Assembly (NCBI GenBank): GCA_964016885.1
Contig: OZ024762.1
Span: forward strand, 21,514,001-21,578,000
From: Eledone cirrhosa
Taxonomy: Eukaryota
Reading direction: 5' to 3'
Length of the DNA: 64,000 nucleotides
Shown here: positions 1-15,695 of the stretch, piece by piece
Numbering within the stretch: the stretch's first letter is position 1
How the letters are laid out: the number at the start of each line of letters is the position of its first letter
The notes under the pieces: generated by a model
Told to the model about the DNA's origin: nothing
The model's database searches: none
What the model saw: only the letters and a program-made list of their open reading frames with translations
Translations under genes and position numbers: made by a program

Positions 1-90
1 TATATATATATATAATACTGTTAGCTTCTCGCTAAAACAATTTCTATACCTTTCATTTATATATATATATATATTTAGCCTTCATATCAT

Positions 91-176
91 GTTCTCCTGT
101 TTTATCTGATGAAAACACAAATATTATTGCATGATGATGTTTGTTTTTGAAATGCGCATAATAAAATACATGGAAC
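91..176 (+). ncRNA. Type I hammerhead ribozyme motif (family D, Penelope-like terminal repeat fragment)
   Basis: Stem I ttttat/ataaaa (extendable gttc/gaac), core CTGATGA 106-112, long stem II, GAAA 149-152, stem III AT-GCGC-AT with palindromic loop, predicted cleavage after AUA at 160. Confidence 0.75.
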
Positions 177-198
177 TCCTTTAACCATCTTTTGATCT

Positions 199-244
<46 letters not shown>

Positions 245-246
<2 letters not shown>

Positions 247-385
247 CAAAGGAATTGTGGTAAGGAACCAGATGGACCATAACGCACCAGAGTACTCAAT
301 ACTTAGGGTAGTAGAGTGGGAAATAGGAAAAAGTATGACGCCGACGGCAGAGCTCAAGCCGTTTCGACGGCTCTTTCTGGACTAA
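245..385 (-). mobile_element. Family A (TA)n-inserted short element, divergent single-arm copy
   Basis: Matches the repeat seen at 2816, 24122, 37608 and others; starts at a (TA)n array. Confidence 0.8.
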
Positions 386-674
386 ATTATATATATACAT
401 ATATATATATACATGTTTTCTTTGATTTTATACTTAATTGTGTATGGTTGACAATATATTTAATTGATTCCCACGTGCTATTGGAAATGCTGGGTAAATA
501 TTTTATAGCTGTTGATCGCGAGTAGACGGGTGTCGTTTATTTATCTATTATTTCTTCATAGGTGTCTTTTAATCTAAATAGCCTGGTTTAATTTGTTTTT
601 TGTGTGGTTGGTTATGCTGATTGGGAAAGGAAATGGAGTATATATCTTATCAAATTATTCAATGGACATACTGT

Positions 675-707
<33 letters not shown>

Positions 708-709
<2 letters not shown>

Positions 710-1127
710 AAGGCGGGTAAAATTCCCGAGATCCATGGACGAGTTCTCTCCAGCGGTCTCTGTCCCTCATTATCGCTGCCATATCCTGCATCTCCAACAG
801 ACCAGTGTCTGTCCTTAGGGCATCAACATATGTTAACCTTGGTCTTCCTCTTCTAGTGTGTCCATGTAGGGGCTCCCAAAGGAGAACTGAGTGCAATGTC
901 AACTCTGGATGTCGGTGAGTATGTCCAGCCAACCTCAGTCTCCTCTGTGTCACTTTTGAGCTGACTTTTGGGATGCTCCCATACAGCTCTGAGATTTTCA
1001 TCCTCAGTGTATACTGATTAATGTTCAGAGCCATCCTCAGCATTCTCGTGTAGCACCCATCCACCATCTGAGTGAGTCTCTTGGTCAGTGTCCAAGTCTC
1101 AGACCCATACAGCAGCACAGACTCCAT
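708..1127 (-). mobile_element. RTE-clade LINE 3' fragment (ORF2 C-terminus)
   Basis: ESVLLYGSETWTLTK...RRLRLAGH...RGRPRLTY...DRDRWR motifs typical of the RTE ORF2 C-terminus; second copy at 36165-36590. Confidence 0.88.
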
Positions 1128-1216
1128 ATATATATATATATATACCATACTTACATTTAACTATCAGCTGTACTAAGAGTGAGAAATGAAATTTCGTTTC
1201 ATTATTTTCTCTTTCA

Positions 1217-1408
1217 GGGTAGTGGATTGGCAGTATCGGTAAAGGGTCGGACGCTATGCTTTGACGCATAGAGTTACGGCCCTTGCCATTCTGAGTTCAA
1301 ATCCCGCCGAGGTTAACTTTGCCTTTCATCCTTACGGGGTCGATAAAATGAAGTACCAGTAATGTACTGGGATAATTGCTGGCCTTGTGCCAAATCTAGA
1401 AACAATTA
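1217..1408 (+). mobile_element. tRNA-derived SINE family 1 (Deu/Nin-like central domain)
   Basis: A-box-like TGGCAGTATCGG, B-box GAGTTCAAATCCC, core GCCTTTCATCCTTACGGGGTCGATAAAA, tail GGCCTTGTGCC; more than 25 copies or fragments in the window. Confidence 0.85.
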
Positions 1409-1425
1409 TTTTCTCTTTCTCTCTT

Positions 1426-1530
<105 letters not shown>

Positions 1531-1642
1531 TATATATATATATATCCTGCTATATCAAACGTTAACCTAATATAACCCCTCCATATACTGTACCGATTGT
1601 GTTGTTATTTCTGTTTACCTTTTACATACATATATTTGTATG

Positions 1643-1677
<35 letters not shown>

Positions 1678-2740
1678 ATGTAATGTACCCCGCCCTCTCT
1701 CTCTCTTTATATATATACACATATATATATATATAAATGAGATCAGATCAATATTTGATTATTTCTCATCCGATATATTTACTCTCGGGTAGGATCATCA
1801 TATATACAGTTTTCTTCTGAAAATATTCGGAATTCATTTAAAAATCTTTTTATTTAGGATTTTTATAAAGATGCAATATATGTAATCAGCATCTGTGGCG
1901 ATGCTCTTTTTCGATTATTCTAATGTTACGTTATCTTGCATTCTCTCTCTCTCTATATATATATATCTGTGTGCGTATGTGTGTGTGTGTATGTATATAT
2001 ATATATATATATATATGTATATCTATATGTATATTATATTATATTATATTATATTGTATTATATTCAATCCAGAATAATTCTAGTACGTTACTTTAAAAA
2101 AAAAAAAAAGAAGCTATATGGGGGTGGGGCTCGTTATGGGAGTGAAAGTGAAAGTAGCTAGTTAATGTATGGCTTAAAGACAATACTTTCGTCATTGAGC
2201 TGATCATTCATTGAACTGAAGAAACAACGGAAATGAAAGGAAATTTATCAACATTTTTTATTATGTACCTGGCATACGACGAGGCAGTGAATTGGTGGAA
2301 TCGTTAGAACATCGGATAGATTGTTTTATATGTCTTAGTTTCGGTTCTCTGGGCTTTGAGATCAAATTTCGGGGAGGTTACCTGTGATTTTCAGTCTTTC
2401 GAGGTTCATAAATGTAATTCGAAAAAATATAATTCAATTTTTCCTAGATACCTCTCCATCACTTTCTCTCTTCTTCACTGGAAGAAAGCAGCTGTGTTCG
2501 TACCTAGAGAGAAGTTGGTCTCCGGCCGCTTTTAAAATGCCCAAGTCATGCCACGTGTGATCAAAGCGTTACATGCGATTCCATCACATGTTGTGTTGAA
2601 GACAATTTGCTTTTGTTTCTTCAGTATCAGGTAATGCATGTTAACGCTACAGAACGGTATTTGTTTTTATGAAAGAAAATTTCAAAGTTTTCAGTCAGTC
2701 TACAATCATGCTGGGGCACCGGCTTAAAAGGAATTCAGTC

Positions 2741-2815
<75 letters not shown>

Positions 2816-2817
<2 letters not shown>

Positions 2818-2983
2818 ACGAAGGAAATGTGGTAAGGAACCAGATGGACCATAACGCACGAAAGTACTCAATACTTGGGGTAGTAGAGTGGGTAATAGGA
2901 ACGAGTAGGACCCCGACGGCTGAGTTGTCCAGAATTAGCCGTCGAAACGGCTTGAGCTCAGCCGTCAGGGTCCTACTCGTTCC

Positions 2984-2986
<3 letters not shown>
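2816..2986 (-). mobile_element. Family A element with fold-back short arm
   Basis: Long arm plus inverted arm ending GTTCCTATA; (TA)n on both sides. Confidence 0.85.
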
Positions 2987-3022
<36 letters not shown>

Positions 3023-3449
3023 CGAGAGATAGAGAGAGAGAGAGAGAGAGGGGTCGATACACACATATATATATATATATATATATCTAAGTATATATAT
3101 ATATACTTAGATATATGATCTTCCTCTCCCTCTTCCCTTTCTCTCTCTCTCTCTATATATATATAATGTTTGTGTGGGTGTGGGTGTACGTGTGTACGTG
3201 TGTGTACGCTGCAATAATAGAGTTCAGAGATTCTTCTAAGTTCTTTAATTTCACACGAGTTTATCTCTCATCCTTTCAAGCGGAAAAGTGATTTACTGAG
3301 TAAATAAATGTCTTTCTCTTTATTGATTAATGTATAGCAGATAGTCTATACCTATCGTATCTATCTAGCTATCTTTAGTGTTTCTAAACTGGGCAAAATG
3401 GATGTTTGGCTTTGACTCAAGCAATTAATATTTAGTGTCTCAAAATGAA

Positions 3450-3798
3450 TGATGGTGAATTCGAAGAGTCGTTGGAACGTCGGCTGAGTCTGCTTTACTG
3501 TGTTCGTGTCGATTCTCTACGTTTTAACCCTTTAGCATTCACATTATTTTATATATACTATTATATTTACATGGTAAAGGCTTAATATCTCACATAATAT
3601 CGATGAGATTTTGAAAGTATTTATTTTGAGAACAATACCTTAACATAAGTTTGAGCGACCAGTTACAGCCAGTTTCAACAGAAAGAGGTAGAGAAAATTT
3701 GGCCGGTTTGAACATTAAAGGGTTAAGTTCAAATCCTGCCGACGTCAACTTCGTCTTTCATCCTTTCTAGGTCGATGAATAAAGTACCAGTCCAGTAT
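3450..3798 (+). mobile_element. Degenerate SINE family 1 interrupted by a MITE
   Basis: SINE head at 3450-3523 resumes at 3727 with GTTCAAATCCTGCCGA. Confidence 0.6.
3528..3722. mobile_element. piggyBac-like MITE
   Basis: TTAA TSD at 3524-3527 and 3723-3726; imperfect TIRs CCCTTTAGCATTCA / TGAACATTAAAGGG. Confidence 0.75.
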
Positions 3799-4912
3799 TC
3801 TGTACCCAACCCCTCTCTCACTCTCTCTCTTCTTTTTCGTTCTTTTTTACTTTCTCGCCGTCTCCCATTTTATAGAAGTAATCAGTTATGCTCAAACTTG
3901 TACAGAAATGCCCTCGTCAATTTTTAAATGCCAAAGACACGTTCTGTACCCGAAAGGCACCCATACGACTCTATCAGGAAGTAAGGGTGCATGGCTTGGA
4001 ATGGCATCAGAAATCGAATGTAGTATAGATCTGACCCGAATTATTTATAATTAAGTGTCCATGACTTTCTATCTGTTCTCTATAGAAATTACATCTCTGT
4101 CATAAGAGAAAATCTATTCCTATGTGGTAGACACCAAATACAGACTCATTAACTGCTTAATGAACACAACCACAAGGATATGGGCTGAACGTGGAAGAGC
4201 CGATGCAAATGATCTTATTCATGATCCTATTCTTCTTATTGAGAGAATCGTGCTGGGCAGTGTACCTGGACACGCCTTCCAGGAGGTCCTATGAGAAGCA
4301 ATCCTCTCCAAATAATCCAGCTGGATCCCCAAATGAGATCGATTGGGGTTATTGGTTTGTTATCCAACCAACCGACCAACCAGTCAACCACCAACCCGAG
4401 GTATAACACTAAGTCTCTCATATATCGATCGACCCCATTACATGACTGGTTCTTAATTTTTTCCGACCGAGACAGGATGAAAAGAAAATTTGAACGAAAG
4501 GTTTTTTTTTTTTTTTTTTTTTCTTTTTCTCAATGGAATTTGAACTTAGAGTGTAAATAGCAGAAACACATACCACAGAGTTCTCCCTCCTTCACTCAAA
4601 CTCCTATATCAATTCTGCCAATTCACCAGCCTTTGGGGAAAGATTTATTGAAATGATATTTCAAATAATGTCAGTTGTTGAACACATTTAGCTTTTCCAT
4701 AGCTCAGAAGTCTGCTGTGGGAAAATGTTTGTTGTTCTTCTTTTCTTTTCTTCTTACTATTATTTCGTTTAATAGTTAATCGTGTTTTGTTTTTCATTCC
4801 TTCCTTCCATCATTCTTTCACTCCTACATTCTAATGTTCAGCCAACGTAACTCCTATACCAACAATTATTCATCAGTTCCCATTGCATGTTAACAACAAG
4901 GCTTGCAATTAT

Positions 4913-5050
<138 letters not shown>

Positions 5051-5292
5051 TCCTTGAATCTCAGTCATTGATGTTGGTTAACTGGAAAGTCCGTTGGATT
5101 GAATATCAAGCCACTACCTGCAGCCTCAGATATTCAGGACGTATCGGAGGGTTCTTGCCGTTCCAAGCAAGCATGCCTTTTGAAGCGTTCCAAAAAGCGT
5201 GAAGGGACCGATTTTCTTTAACCATCCCTGGAAACCTTTGGAGATAGTCCCCAGTGCGCCTATGACAATCAGGATCACTTTGACTTCATGGC

Positions 5293-5294
<2 letters not shown>
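5051..5294 (-). mobile_element. R4/Dong-like RLE non-LTR retrotransposon 3' end, inserted in (TAA)n
   Basis: Minus frame reads CHEVKVILIVIGALGTISKGFQGWLKKIG...LQKACLLGTARTLRYVLNI* (stop 5126-5128); (TAA)n arrays on both sides. Confidence 0.8.
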
Positions 5295-5326
<32 letters not shown>

Positions 5327-5419
5327 GTTTTATTAGTTATATTTGACTTTCTCTTTTTTTTTACATAGAACAAATTAAAAAATAGCCCACTGTATCACAC
5401 ACACACACACACACATATA

Positions 5420-5551
<132 letters not shown>

Positions 5552-5696
5552 TATGATTAAAACACCAATACTGACAGTTGTTGAACTACCCAGAAAAATA
5601 TTATCATTTTAATTTTTTGTTATTGTTATTATTATTATTATTATTGTTATTATTGTTGATAATAGCAGTGCTGCTGTTGATGAGGAGCATAAATAA

Positions 5697-5749
<53 letters not shown>

Positions 5750-5756
5750 ATATATA

Positions 5757-5853
<97 letters not shown>

Positions 5854-5888
5854 ATATATATGATATATATATATACATATATATATAT

Positions 5889-6033
5889 ACGTAGGTCCCG
5901 GGTTGAGTCGGGGATAACCACAGTAAGTAAGGTACTCAATACATGGCAGAGTAAAATATATTTATTGTATAGAAGGAGCTTCTACAGGACTAGAATGAAA
6001 CAGTTCTAGTCCTGTAGAAGCTCCTTCTATACA

Positions 6034-6042
<9 letters not shown>
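5889..6042 (-). mobile_element. Family B (TA)n-inserted fragment with ~40-bp fold-back
   Basis: Inverted arms around GAATGAAACAGTT; related sequence at 59232-59285 and 61843-61910. Confidence 0.7.
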
Positions 6043-6081
<39 letters not shown>

Positions 6082-6633
6082 TTATGCTCCTCATCAACAG
6101 CAGCACTGCTATTATCAACAATAATAACAATAATAATAATAACAATAACAAAAATGAAAATGATAATATTTTTCTGGGTAGTTCAACAACTGTCAGTATT
6201 GGTGTTTTAGACACTGGATTTATTACTGCCGGCTCAGCTGCAATCATGTTTATGTTAGCAGGTGATAATGCCGAAATAGTTATTGCTAATTTCAAATTTG
6301 AAATGTCACTAACATTGTTTTAATCAATTAATTTTAATGTCTTCTGATGTTGCTGCAATAACCCACGATTTAACCTCACCCATTCTACAATAGAGAATGG
6401 CGCCTGATCATAAATTCAACTAACTACCATTAGTTTCCGACAAAAACAACTTCTCTTTCTTCCTTTAATCATGTGTGTTGCAACACATTATGAAATGGTG
6501 AGATGTGTTATAAAATAGTATAACATGGCAGTTAAAAAAAAGGATATGTGTGTGTATATATATATAAGTGTGTGTGTGGGGGGGGATGTATAGATGTGTG
6601 TATGTATGTATAGATGTGTGTGTGTATATACAC

Positions 6634-6671
<38 letters not shown>

Positions 6672-7617
6672 ATTTGTGCATATATATATATATATATATA
6701 TATTGTTATTTATTGCTAACAATTTATTTTTATCATATTTACATACGAGAATCTACGGAAGACTGGAAAGAAATACCAAAGGGTTAAGCTCTTTGAACAA
6801 AAGGTTAACTCCGTGTTCTAGAGGCTAAATACTTGCCCAAGAGGTTAACTCCTTAAAGGGATTAACTCCTTACTTAATAAAGACAAAACAAAACAACAGT
6901 TTATATTTTTACCTAATAATTCTTGATGTTTTGAGCGTTAGACCTCTCTTTCAAAAGAAAACAGATGGAGGGAGATGCTAGTTACGAGCTTCTTTCTTTT
7001 GAATAAGATGTCTTGAACTCGAAATATCATGAAATAAAGGTTTAAACTCTTGCTTTATTTTTTACGCTAGCTTTCGCTTTTGTATTTCTAATTTTCTTTT
7101 TACCGGATTGTCTTAAAACATTAATAAAACGTATCTGACAATGCTTTTTATAAACCTCAACAAGAAGATATTAAACTGTTATGCTTCGGGGGTTTTATGT
7201 ATAAACAGTTGTTTCGCTTCGTTTCGTTTTAATTTTTACTCACACTTCTACTCTAGTTTTCGCTATTGTATTTCTAATCCACGTTATTATAAGCTTTCTC
7301 AAAAACAACCATAACCACATATCGCATAATATTTCAGTTAAACTAATAATAAAACAATAATATCAAAGTATTTGGGAAATCTCGACAAAGACAAAAGAGA
7401 ATGTATTTTATACGATTTATGGAGAAGCAAAATAAAACAAAGCAAAGTCGATGTATTTCATGTTTTATTTCGAATCTGTATTTATTTATTTGTCCGCACA
7501 TCTGTCATAATTTCGTTTTTCACTAACCTGAAGCAAAAATCAATCGTACTTTTTAATAGACATGTATATACCATAGGCAAAATTATCTCGATATTATATA
7601 TATATATTTATATACAG

Positions 7618-7682
<65 letters not shown>

Positions 7683-7916
7683 ATTAATAAGTGGAGGGAT
7701 ATATATAAAGATACATATTTACACATATATTATATATATATATAAATATATATATATATACATATATATATATGTATATAAATATATAAATAAATAAATA
7801 AATAAATAAAAATATATATATATATATAAAGATTAATAAGTGGAGAGATACATATATGAACAAACGTATTTATGCATACACACATATCTATCTATATATA
7901 TAGAGAGAGAGATATA

Positions 7917-7983
<67 letters not shown>

Positions 7984-8223
7984 GGGCGCGCGCGTATATG
8001 TATACATATATACAGATATATATTGATAAAATAAATAGGTCTGGAACAATTAATGAGGAAATGATTCCCATGGTTCAATAGGAATAGCTTTGGGCTTAAT
8101 GCAAAGAGAAACTTGCTTAACCATCTATTGTTACCTATGTAATCATTGATTGTCTGTTTTGTTTATTGTCTGTTATGTATCAACCGCCGCCATCAACTCT
8201 CTAAACATATTTATTCCGTATAT

Positions 8224-8315
<92 letters not shown>

Positions 8316-8327
8316 GCACACACACAC

Positions 8328-8373
<46 letters not shown>

Positions 8374-8408
8374 TTGTGTGTGTATATACATATATACATA
8401 CACCCATG

Positions 8409-8461
<53 letters not shown>

Positions 8462-8462
8462 G

Positions 8463-8524
<62 letters not shown>

Positions 8525-9120
8525 TTACATATACATACATACACATACACACACACACATACACAGGCACACACACATATATATATGTCGAATGTCATCA
8601 TCAAAAAATATATAGAATTTGATTGTTTCTTTTTTCTTATATACTTAGTGTTCCTCATACAGTCGGTTTCAGGAAGACAGTCAACAATCTATGGTAATGA
8701 TATAGATGACTTGCTGTTTAACGTATTGAATTCTCATTCCTAAGGTCGTAGGTTCAGTTCCTGGATCTGACAACGTGTTGGATCCTTCAGCAAGACACTT
8801 CATTGCTTGTTGCTTCTCATGGTTGGACTGAAAACCTCTGATTAAAACACTTGAGAAACTTCCTATGTGCGCCATCTTCCCAGGAGGCCAGCTAAACCAG
8901 CATAGGTGTTGGTTTGAACATAATACATATGTATGTGTATGTGTGTGTTTGTATGTGTGTGTATGTCCGCCTGTGTGTGAGTTTGTGAATGTGTTTGTGT
9001 ATGTGTGTGTCTTATAGGATTAAGGACTTCCATCATTAAAACATGAGAAACCTCCTATGAGCGACACTTTCCTAGGAGGCTAGCTAAACCTGTAGAGGTG
9101 TGGGTTTAACAACATACACG

Positions 9121-9151
<31 letters not shown>

Positions 9152-9222
9152 CTGTGTGTGTGTGTGTGTGTGTTTGTGTGTGAGTGTGAACTGTTAATCT
9201 ACCAACTGGAAAAATGTGTTAA

Positions 9223-9640
9223 TAATTGTTTCTACTTTAGGCACAAGGCCAGCAAATAACCCAGTGCATTACTGGTACTTTATTTTATCGACCCCGTAAG
9301 GATGAAAGTGTTAATAATGATTTCTAATTTAGTCACAATACCAGCAATTATTGAGGGGAGGGTAACAGTCGATTGAATCGACACCAGTAAAAGACTGATA
9401 CTTTATTTCATCGGTTCCAGTAGGACGAAAGGCACTCAAAGTTTCCAATTTAAACACGAGGCCACCAATCTTTGGAGATAAGGCGAACAGTCGATTAAAT
9501 CAACGCCAGTACATAACTGGTACTTCTAGGAGGATGAAAGGCACTCAACGGTTTCTAGCTTAGGAACGAGGCCAGCAATTTTGGGAGGGAAGAGGAACAG
9601 TCGATTAAAACTTCCCCAGTATATAACTGATATTACGAGA
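9223..9640 (-). mobile_element. Tandem SINE family 1 3' tail fragments
   Basis: Four degenerate repeats of TTTCT..CACAAGGCCAGCAA..GTACT..GGATGAAAG. Confidence 0.65.
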
Positions 9641-9674
9641 CAGAGGTATATTTTCATATTTAGATAGATAAAAC

Positions 9675-9935
9675 ATATACTATGGGTATGTGGTTAGAAT
9701 GTTTCAGGAAAGATTCTTTTGACATATTTTACAGGCAAAATCAACTGACAGGAGAGCCAGTTGTAGACCTCGAGCAAGATGGTTGTATAACATCCATGAT
9801 CTTGGCTGGTCACGCTTGGAGATCCAAGCGGAACAATTGGAGACGGTTGCTTCTGACAAGACCCGCTGGAAGGAGTGTTTGAAAACACTGCCTCCCCACG
9901 ACTCTCTTAGGAATAAGTGGACAAAGAAGAAACTA
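9675..9935 (+). mobile_element. Degenerate RTE LINE 3' end (same family as 33490-33917)
   Basis: Nucleotide similarity to 33680-33915 (GATGGTTGTATAACATCCATGA, GAGACGGTTGCTTCTGACA). Confidence 0.7.
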
Positions 9936-9949
9936 CTATTATTATTTTG

Positions 9950-10352
9950 GGGGATTGGCAGTATCGGTAGAGGGTCGGACGCCATGCTTTGCAACATAGA
10001 ATTACGCCCCTTTACGGTATGAGTTCAAATCCCGCCGATGTTAACTTTGCCTTTCATCCTTACGGAGTCGATAAAATAAAGTACCAGTGATTTACTGAGA
10101 TAATTGCTGGCCTTGTGCCAAAAGTAGAAACAATTATTTTGGGGGATTGGCAGTATCGGTAGAGGGTCGGACGCCATGTTTTGCAGCATAGAGTTACGGT
10201 CCTTTATGATCTGAGTTCAAATCCTGCCGAGGTTAACTTTACCTTTCATCCTTACGGGGTCGATGAAATAAAGTACCAGTCACGCACTGGGGTCGATTTA
10301 ATCGAGTTTCCCCTCCCCCAAAATTGCTGGCCTTGTGCCTATGTCAGAAACC
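9950..10352 (+). mobile_element. Two tandem SINE family 1 copies
   Basis: Full head, core and tail at 9950-10138 and 10141-10352. Confidence 0.85.
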
Positions 10353-11199
10353 GTTATGTTTTATGATCTATTGATTAAAAGAATGGTTAGAATTGTGCCT
10401 TAATGCTTTCTGATACTGCAACAAGAAGCTATTATATATTATATTGATGTAGATAGTCCAATGAAGCGCTTCGCCTAATGGTGTTGGGCGTACAGTCTTG
10501 AGGTCATGGGTTCAATTCCTGGATCAACCAGTGAGTTTTTTTTCTTGAACAAGACGTTATGTTTCCGGTTGGGTTACTTTTCGTGACATAATTGAGGCCC
10601 CTATCATTAAAACGTCCAAGAAACCTCCTATGAGACCCTTGTAAACCTGTATAGCTCTATGCTGTAACTGACTATATAAGAAACCATTATTTTTGTCTTT
10701 TATAACGTGGTTAGCTTTTCTCAAGTAGATATCGATCTAAAGGTGAGTTAGTTTCATCAATATTTGTTTATTTTCAAAAAATAGCTATAACGCTCTTATC
10801 GATTTCACTTCAAAATCATTGTATTATCGTTAACGTTTGTCTATCATTTAAACTCTTTTCATCTTCTAACTTCCTGATCTCCCCTCCAATCGACTTCAAT
10901 TGTTTATCATTTTAGATTAAATCTAAATGGTTTATTGCAATGTTTTCTAATGATTCTTTATAACTTCATTAAGAAGATACTAATTAGTTTGACAGCATCG
11001 ATAATTATAAAACTCTAACAATAAATATATTTCCTAATTGCTACCTTGATAATTATTTCTAAATTTTAACGGAGAGACAGGGCCAGCAATTTTTGGGGAA
11101 TGGTAAAGACGATTATATCTAACCCCCCCCCCCCCGTGATTAACTGGTATTTTATTTGATCGACCCCGGAAGATGAAATACCCACACACATACATAAAC

Positions 11200-11537
11200 G
11201 AAGGACATTCCCTTCGGTGACGAATGACCATGGCATTTGTAACTAGAAAGTTCCTCTCCGAGGCACAAGTCTGGCTAAGGTTGTTTGAGGAAGACCAGCA
11301 GTCACCCACGCATACCAGCCTCTCCTCTCCAAGCCAGCGTTGATGTCCAAGGGAAAGGCAATGGCAGATACAGCTTGGCACCCGTGACATCACAACTCAT
11401 TTCTACAGCTGAATAAACTGGAGCAATGTGAAATAAAGAGTCTTGCTCAAGGACACAACACATCATCCGATGCGAGAATCGAACTCACAACTTTTCGATT
11501 GCAAGCCCAATGCTAGAAATACTAAGCAATGCGCCTT
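11200..11537 (-). mobile_element. tRNA-derived SINE family 2 (CORE-like), tail type a
   Basis: On the minus strand: GGCGCATTGCTTAGT A-box, GAGTTCGATTC B-box, CCTTGAGCAAGAC core, CAGCTGTAGAAATGAG. Confidence 0.75.
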
Positions 11538-11552
11538 ACTGTACACACACAA

Positions 11553-11587
<35 letters not shown>

Positions 11588-11988
11588 CACATATACATAT
11601 ATAATCATTTATTATGGCTAAATAGTGAGACTTGTTGCACTGGCGTTTACCTGTGCACTAGCAAGATCTATCTTTTTTCCAGGTTTTAGACATTAAACTG
11701 TGGCCATGCTGGGGCAGCTCATTCATTTAATCGATCTTATCGACTTGAGAAATTATTCTTTGAACTATATTATCGATCTCACACAAACAACCTAATTAGT
11801 AGTACCTACTAAACACATACCCATCTCTTTCACAAGTCGATTAGACATTTTCGTATGATGTTCCTGTAGAATTACTCGTTTGTATTCGCTTCTACAGTCA
11901 TATTTCTGTTCAGCTGCTTTGTTGTTTTGTGTTATGAATCTCTCCGGTGCTTAAACAATGTACGAACTGACTACACTGAACGAACGAC

Positions 11989-12387
11989 AATAATTGTTTC
12001 TACTTTTGGCACAAGGCCAACAATTACCCCAGTGCATTACTGGTACTTTATTTTATCGACCAGTTCCAGCTCACAACTATGTAGGTTTAGCTGGCCTCCT
12101 CAAAGGTTGTATCTCATTGGATGTTTCTTGGGTGTTTTAATGATAGGGACCCCAGTCCCTATCATCTCATTTCTACAGCTGAATTAAACTGGAGCGATGT
12201 CAAATAAAGTGTCTTGCTCAAGGGTGGTGTGTTGTTTCCTTGAGCAAGACACATATTTTATCGACCCCGTAAGGATCAAAGGCAAAGCTAACCTCGGCGA
12301 GATTTGAACTCAGACCATGAACGGACGTAGCTCTTTGGTGCAAAACATGGCGTCCGACGCTCTACTAATACTGTCAATTCACCGCCC
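11989..12387 (-). mobile_element. SINE family 1 interrupted by a nested SINE family 2 copy (12062-12253)
   Basis: 13-bp TSD TATTTTATCGACC at 12049-12061 and 12254-12266. Confidence 0.8.
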
Positions 12388-12518
12388 TCGTCGTAGCGTG
12401 AGAAATAATGTACAGCTATCAAAACGACGCTGTCGATGCTACAGCCATATTAAGAGATGGAATATTACAACATTAACTGTCATATTTCAATTTCACTTCA
12501 TTATCACTTACCAATAAT

Positions 12519-13000
<482 letters not shown>

Positions 13001-13133
13001 GATAAGTACATAAGTGTGTGTATGTGTTAGTGTATATAATAATGCAGAGGCCACCAAGTGCTTACAGCTGGATGTCACATGAAGGGACAAAGGAAACACT
13101 TTGGTATATATTGATAAATATATGCATCTGTGC

Positions 13134-13166
<33 letters not shown>

Positions 13167-13396
13167 TATATAAATACATATATATATACACATGTGTATA
13201 TAACTTTGAATAACTTTGAAATGTTTTGGCCAGTATTGGCCCAGGCCATGTCTAACTTAATAGCACCACCTGGCGAAGTCTTTCAATTCAGGATTTGGGC
13301 ACCATGGCCCATTCGAGAAGAGAATTACTGTTTGCGGAGACATATCCGGGTGTGGGTGGTTTGTCCGGGATTACTTGGAGGATATGAGTATATATA

Positions 13397-14076
<680 letters not shown>

Positions 14077-14361
14077 ACACAGTCTATCTTGATATATATA
14101 GCTATTACACCTTCCACGTCATCTTTGATCAAATAATTTGCCAATTATTTCGGTAAAAGATTTGACTTGTTTCATAAATGCGTTGCACGCATCTATCAAC
14201 ATGTCTGGCTGTCTGTCTGTTGGTCGTTTGTCTGTCTACTTCTTTATTTCATTCTATCTATCTGTTTGCTAGTCTCTCTCCCTCTCTTTCTATATATATA
14301 TATATATCTATATATATCTATATATATATGTGAGTCTGTATATATATATATATATATATAC

Positions 14362-14458
<97 letters not shown>

Positions 14459-14481
14459 GAGATCAAAAGATGGTTAAAGGA

Positions 14482-14567
14482 GTTCCATGTATTTTATTAT
14501 GCGCATTTCAAAAACAAACACCATCATGCAATGATATTTGTGTTTTCATCAGATAAAACAGGAGAAC
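14482..14567 (-). ncRNA. Type I hammerhead motif (family D)
   Basis: Near-exact reverse complement of 91-176; lies in island 14459-14677 between (TA)n arrays. Confidence 0.75.
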
Positions 14568-14673
14568 ATGATATGAAGGCTAAAAAACACTTGTGGATAG
14601 TGCAGTTTTAAATCAACATATGATTATCCGATATCTGCATTGCTTTATTGTACTACAATAAAACTCACCTCCT

Positions 14674-14819
<146 letters not shown>

Positions 14820-14974
14820 AACTAGGAAACAGACAGATAGAGCATATATATGTACATATATACAAACAGAAATATATGTATATATGTGAAAGGGGAGAAA
14901 GTGAGAGGGAGAGGGGGAAGAAGTGTGAGAGATAAAAGACAACATACATACTTACATACATAATACATACATAC

Positions 14975-15215
14975 ATTAATGGAACAGTAAAAATATGTAA
15001 AACATTCCAAAAATGTTGCATCTAATAACTGAATATATACATATACAGATGCAAAGCATATACACATGCACACATACAACTCAAAACATACACATCCACA
15101 CATACAATAACATCCATATCTACACATGCATGCATACAAACATATCTACCTAGTTGATGTTGTGTAAATTCCAATGAGAGAGTCTTGTGTCTATGTTAGA
15201 AACCGACTCTCTCTC
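14975..15215 (+). mobile_element. RLE-type LINE extreme 3' end and 3' UTR
   Basis: INGTVKICKTFQK; inverted copy at about 20420-20668; similar to IAGTFKICKTF in 20052-20270. Confidence 0.6.
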
Positions 15216-15484
15216 TATTGGTAAAACTTTGTGAAATTATAAAACCAGAAGAACATACATACATACATACATACGTGCTTGATACACGACAAATTATGTA
15301 CAGCGAACTATGTATAATTTACTAATTATTTTTTTCTAATCACGCAGAATTCATTAACTGCAAATATAATTGGTTTCTTTATTTTGTCATAAATGCCATC
15401 TTATTTCCTTACAACTGCCATATTAGCATATTCACATTATCCTTATATATATATATAATATATATGTATAAATATATATAATAC

Positions 15485-15546
<62 letters not shown>

Positions 15547-15634
15547 CCCTAATATATTTCCACTATCCAGTGAATATCCAACCGATAAGGTATGATTTTC
15601 ATGGGTATGTCTCTATTTATAAAACAAACTTGGT

Positions 15635-15695
15635 ATTTTATCTGATGAAAGCGTACCAATGTGTCTTGGTACCCTTGAAATATATATAATAAAAT
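15635..15695 (+). ncRNA. Type I hammerhead ribozyme (family C)
   Basis: attttat-CTGATGA-aag c gtaccaa(tgtgtc)ttggtac c ctt-GAAAT-ATAT-ATA-ataaaat; predicted cleavage after 15688. Confidence 0.85.

Noticed and set aside
1217-1310. tRNA genes at SINE heads
   Set aside because: A and B boxes only, no cloverleaf, followed by SINE body
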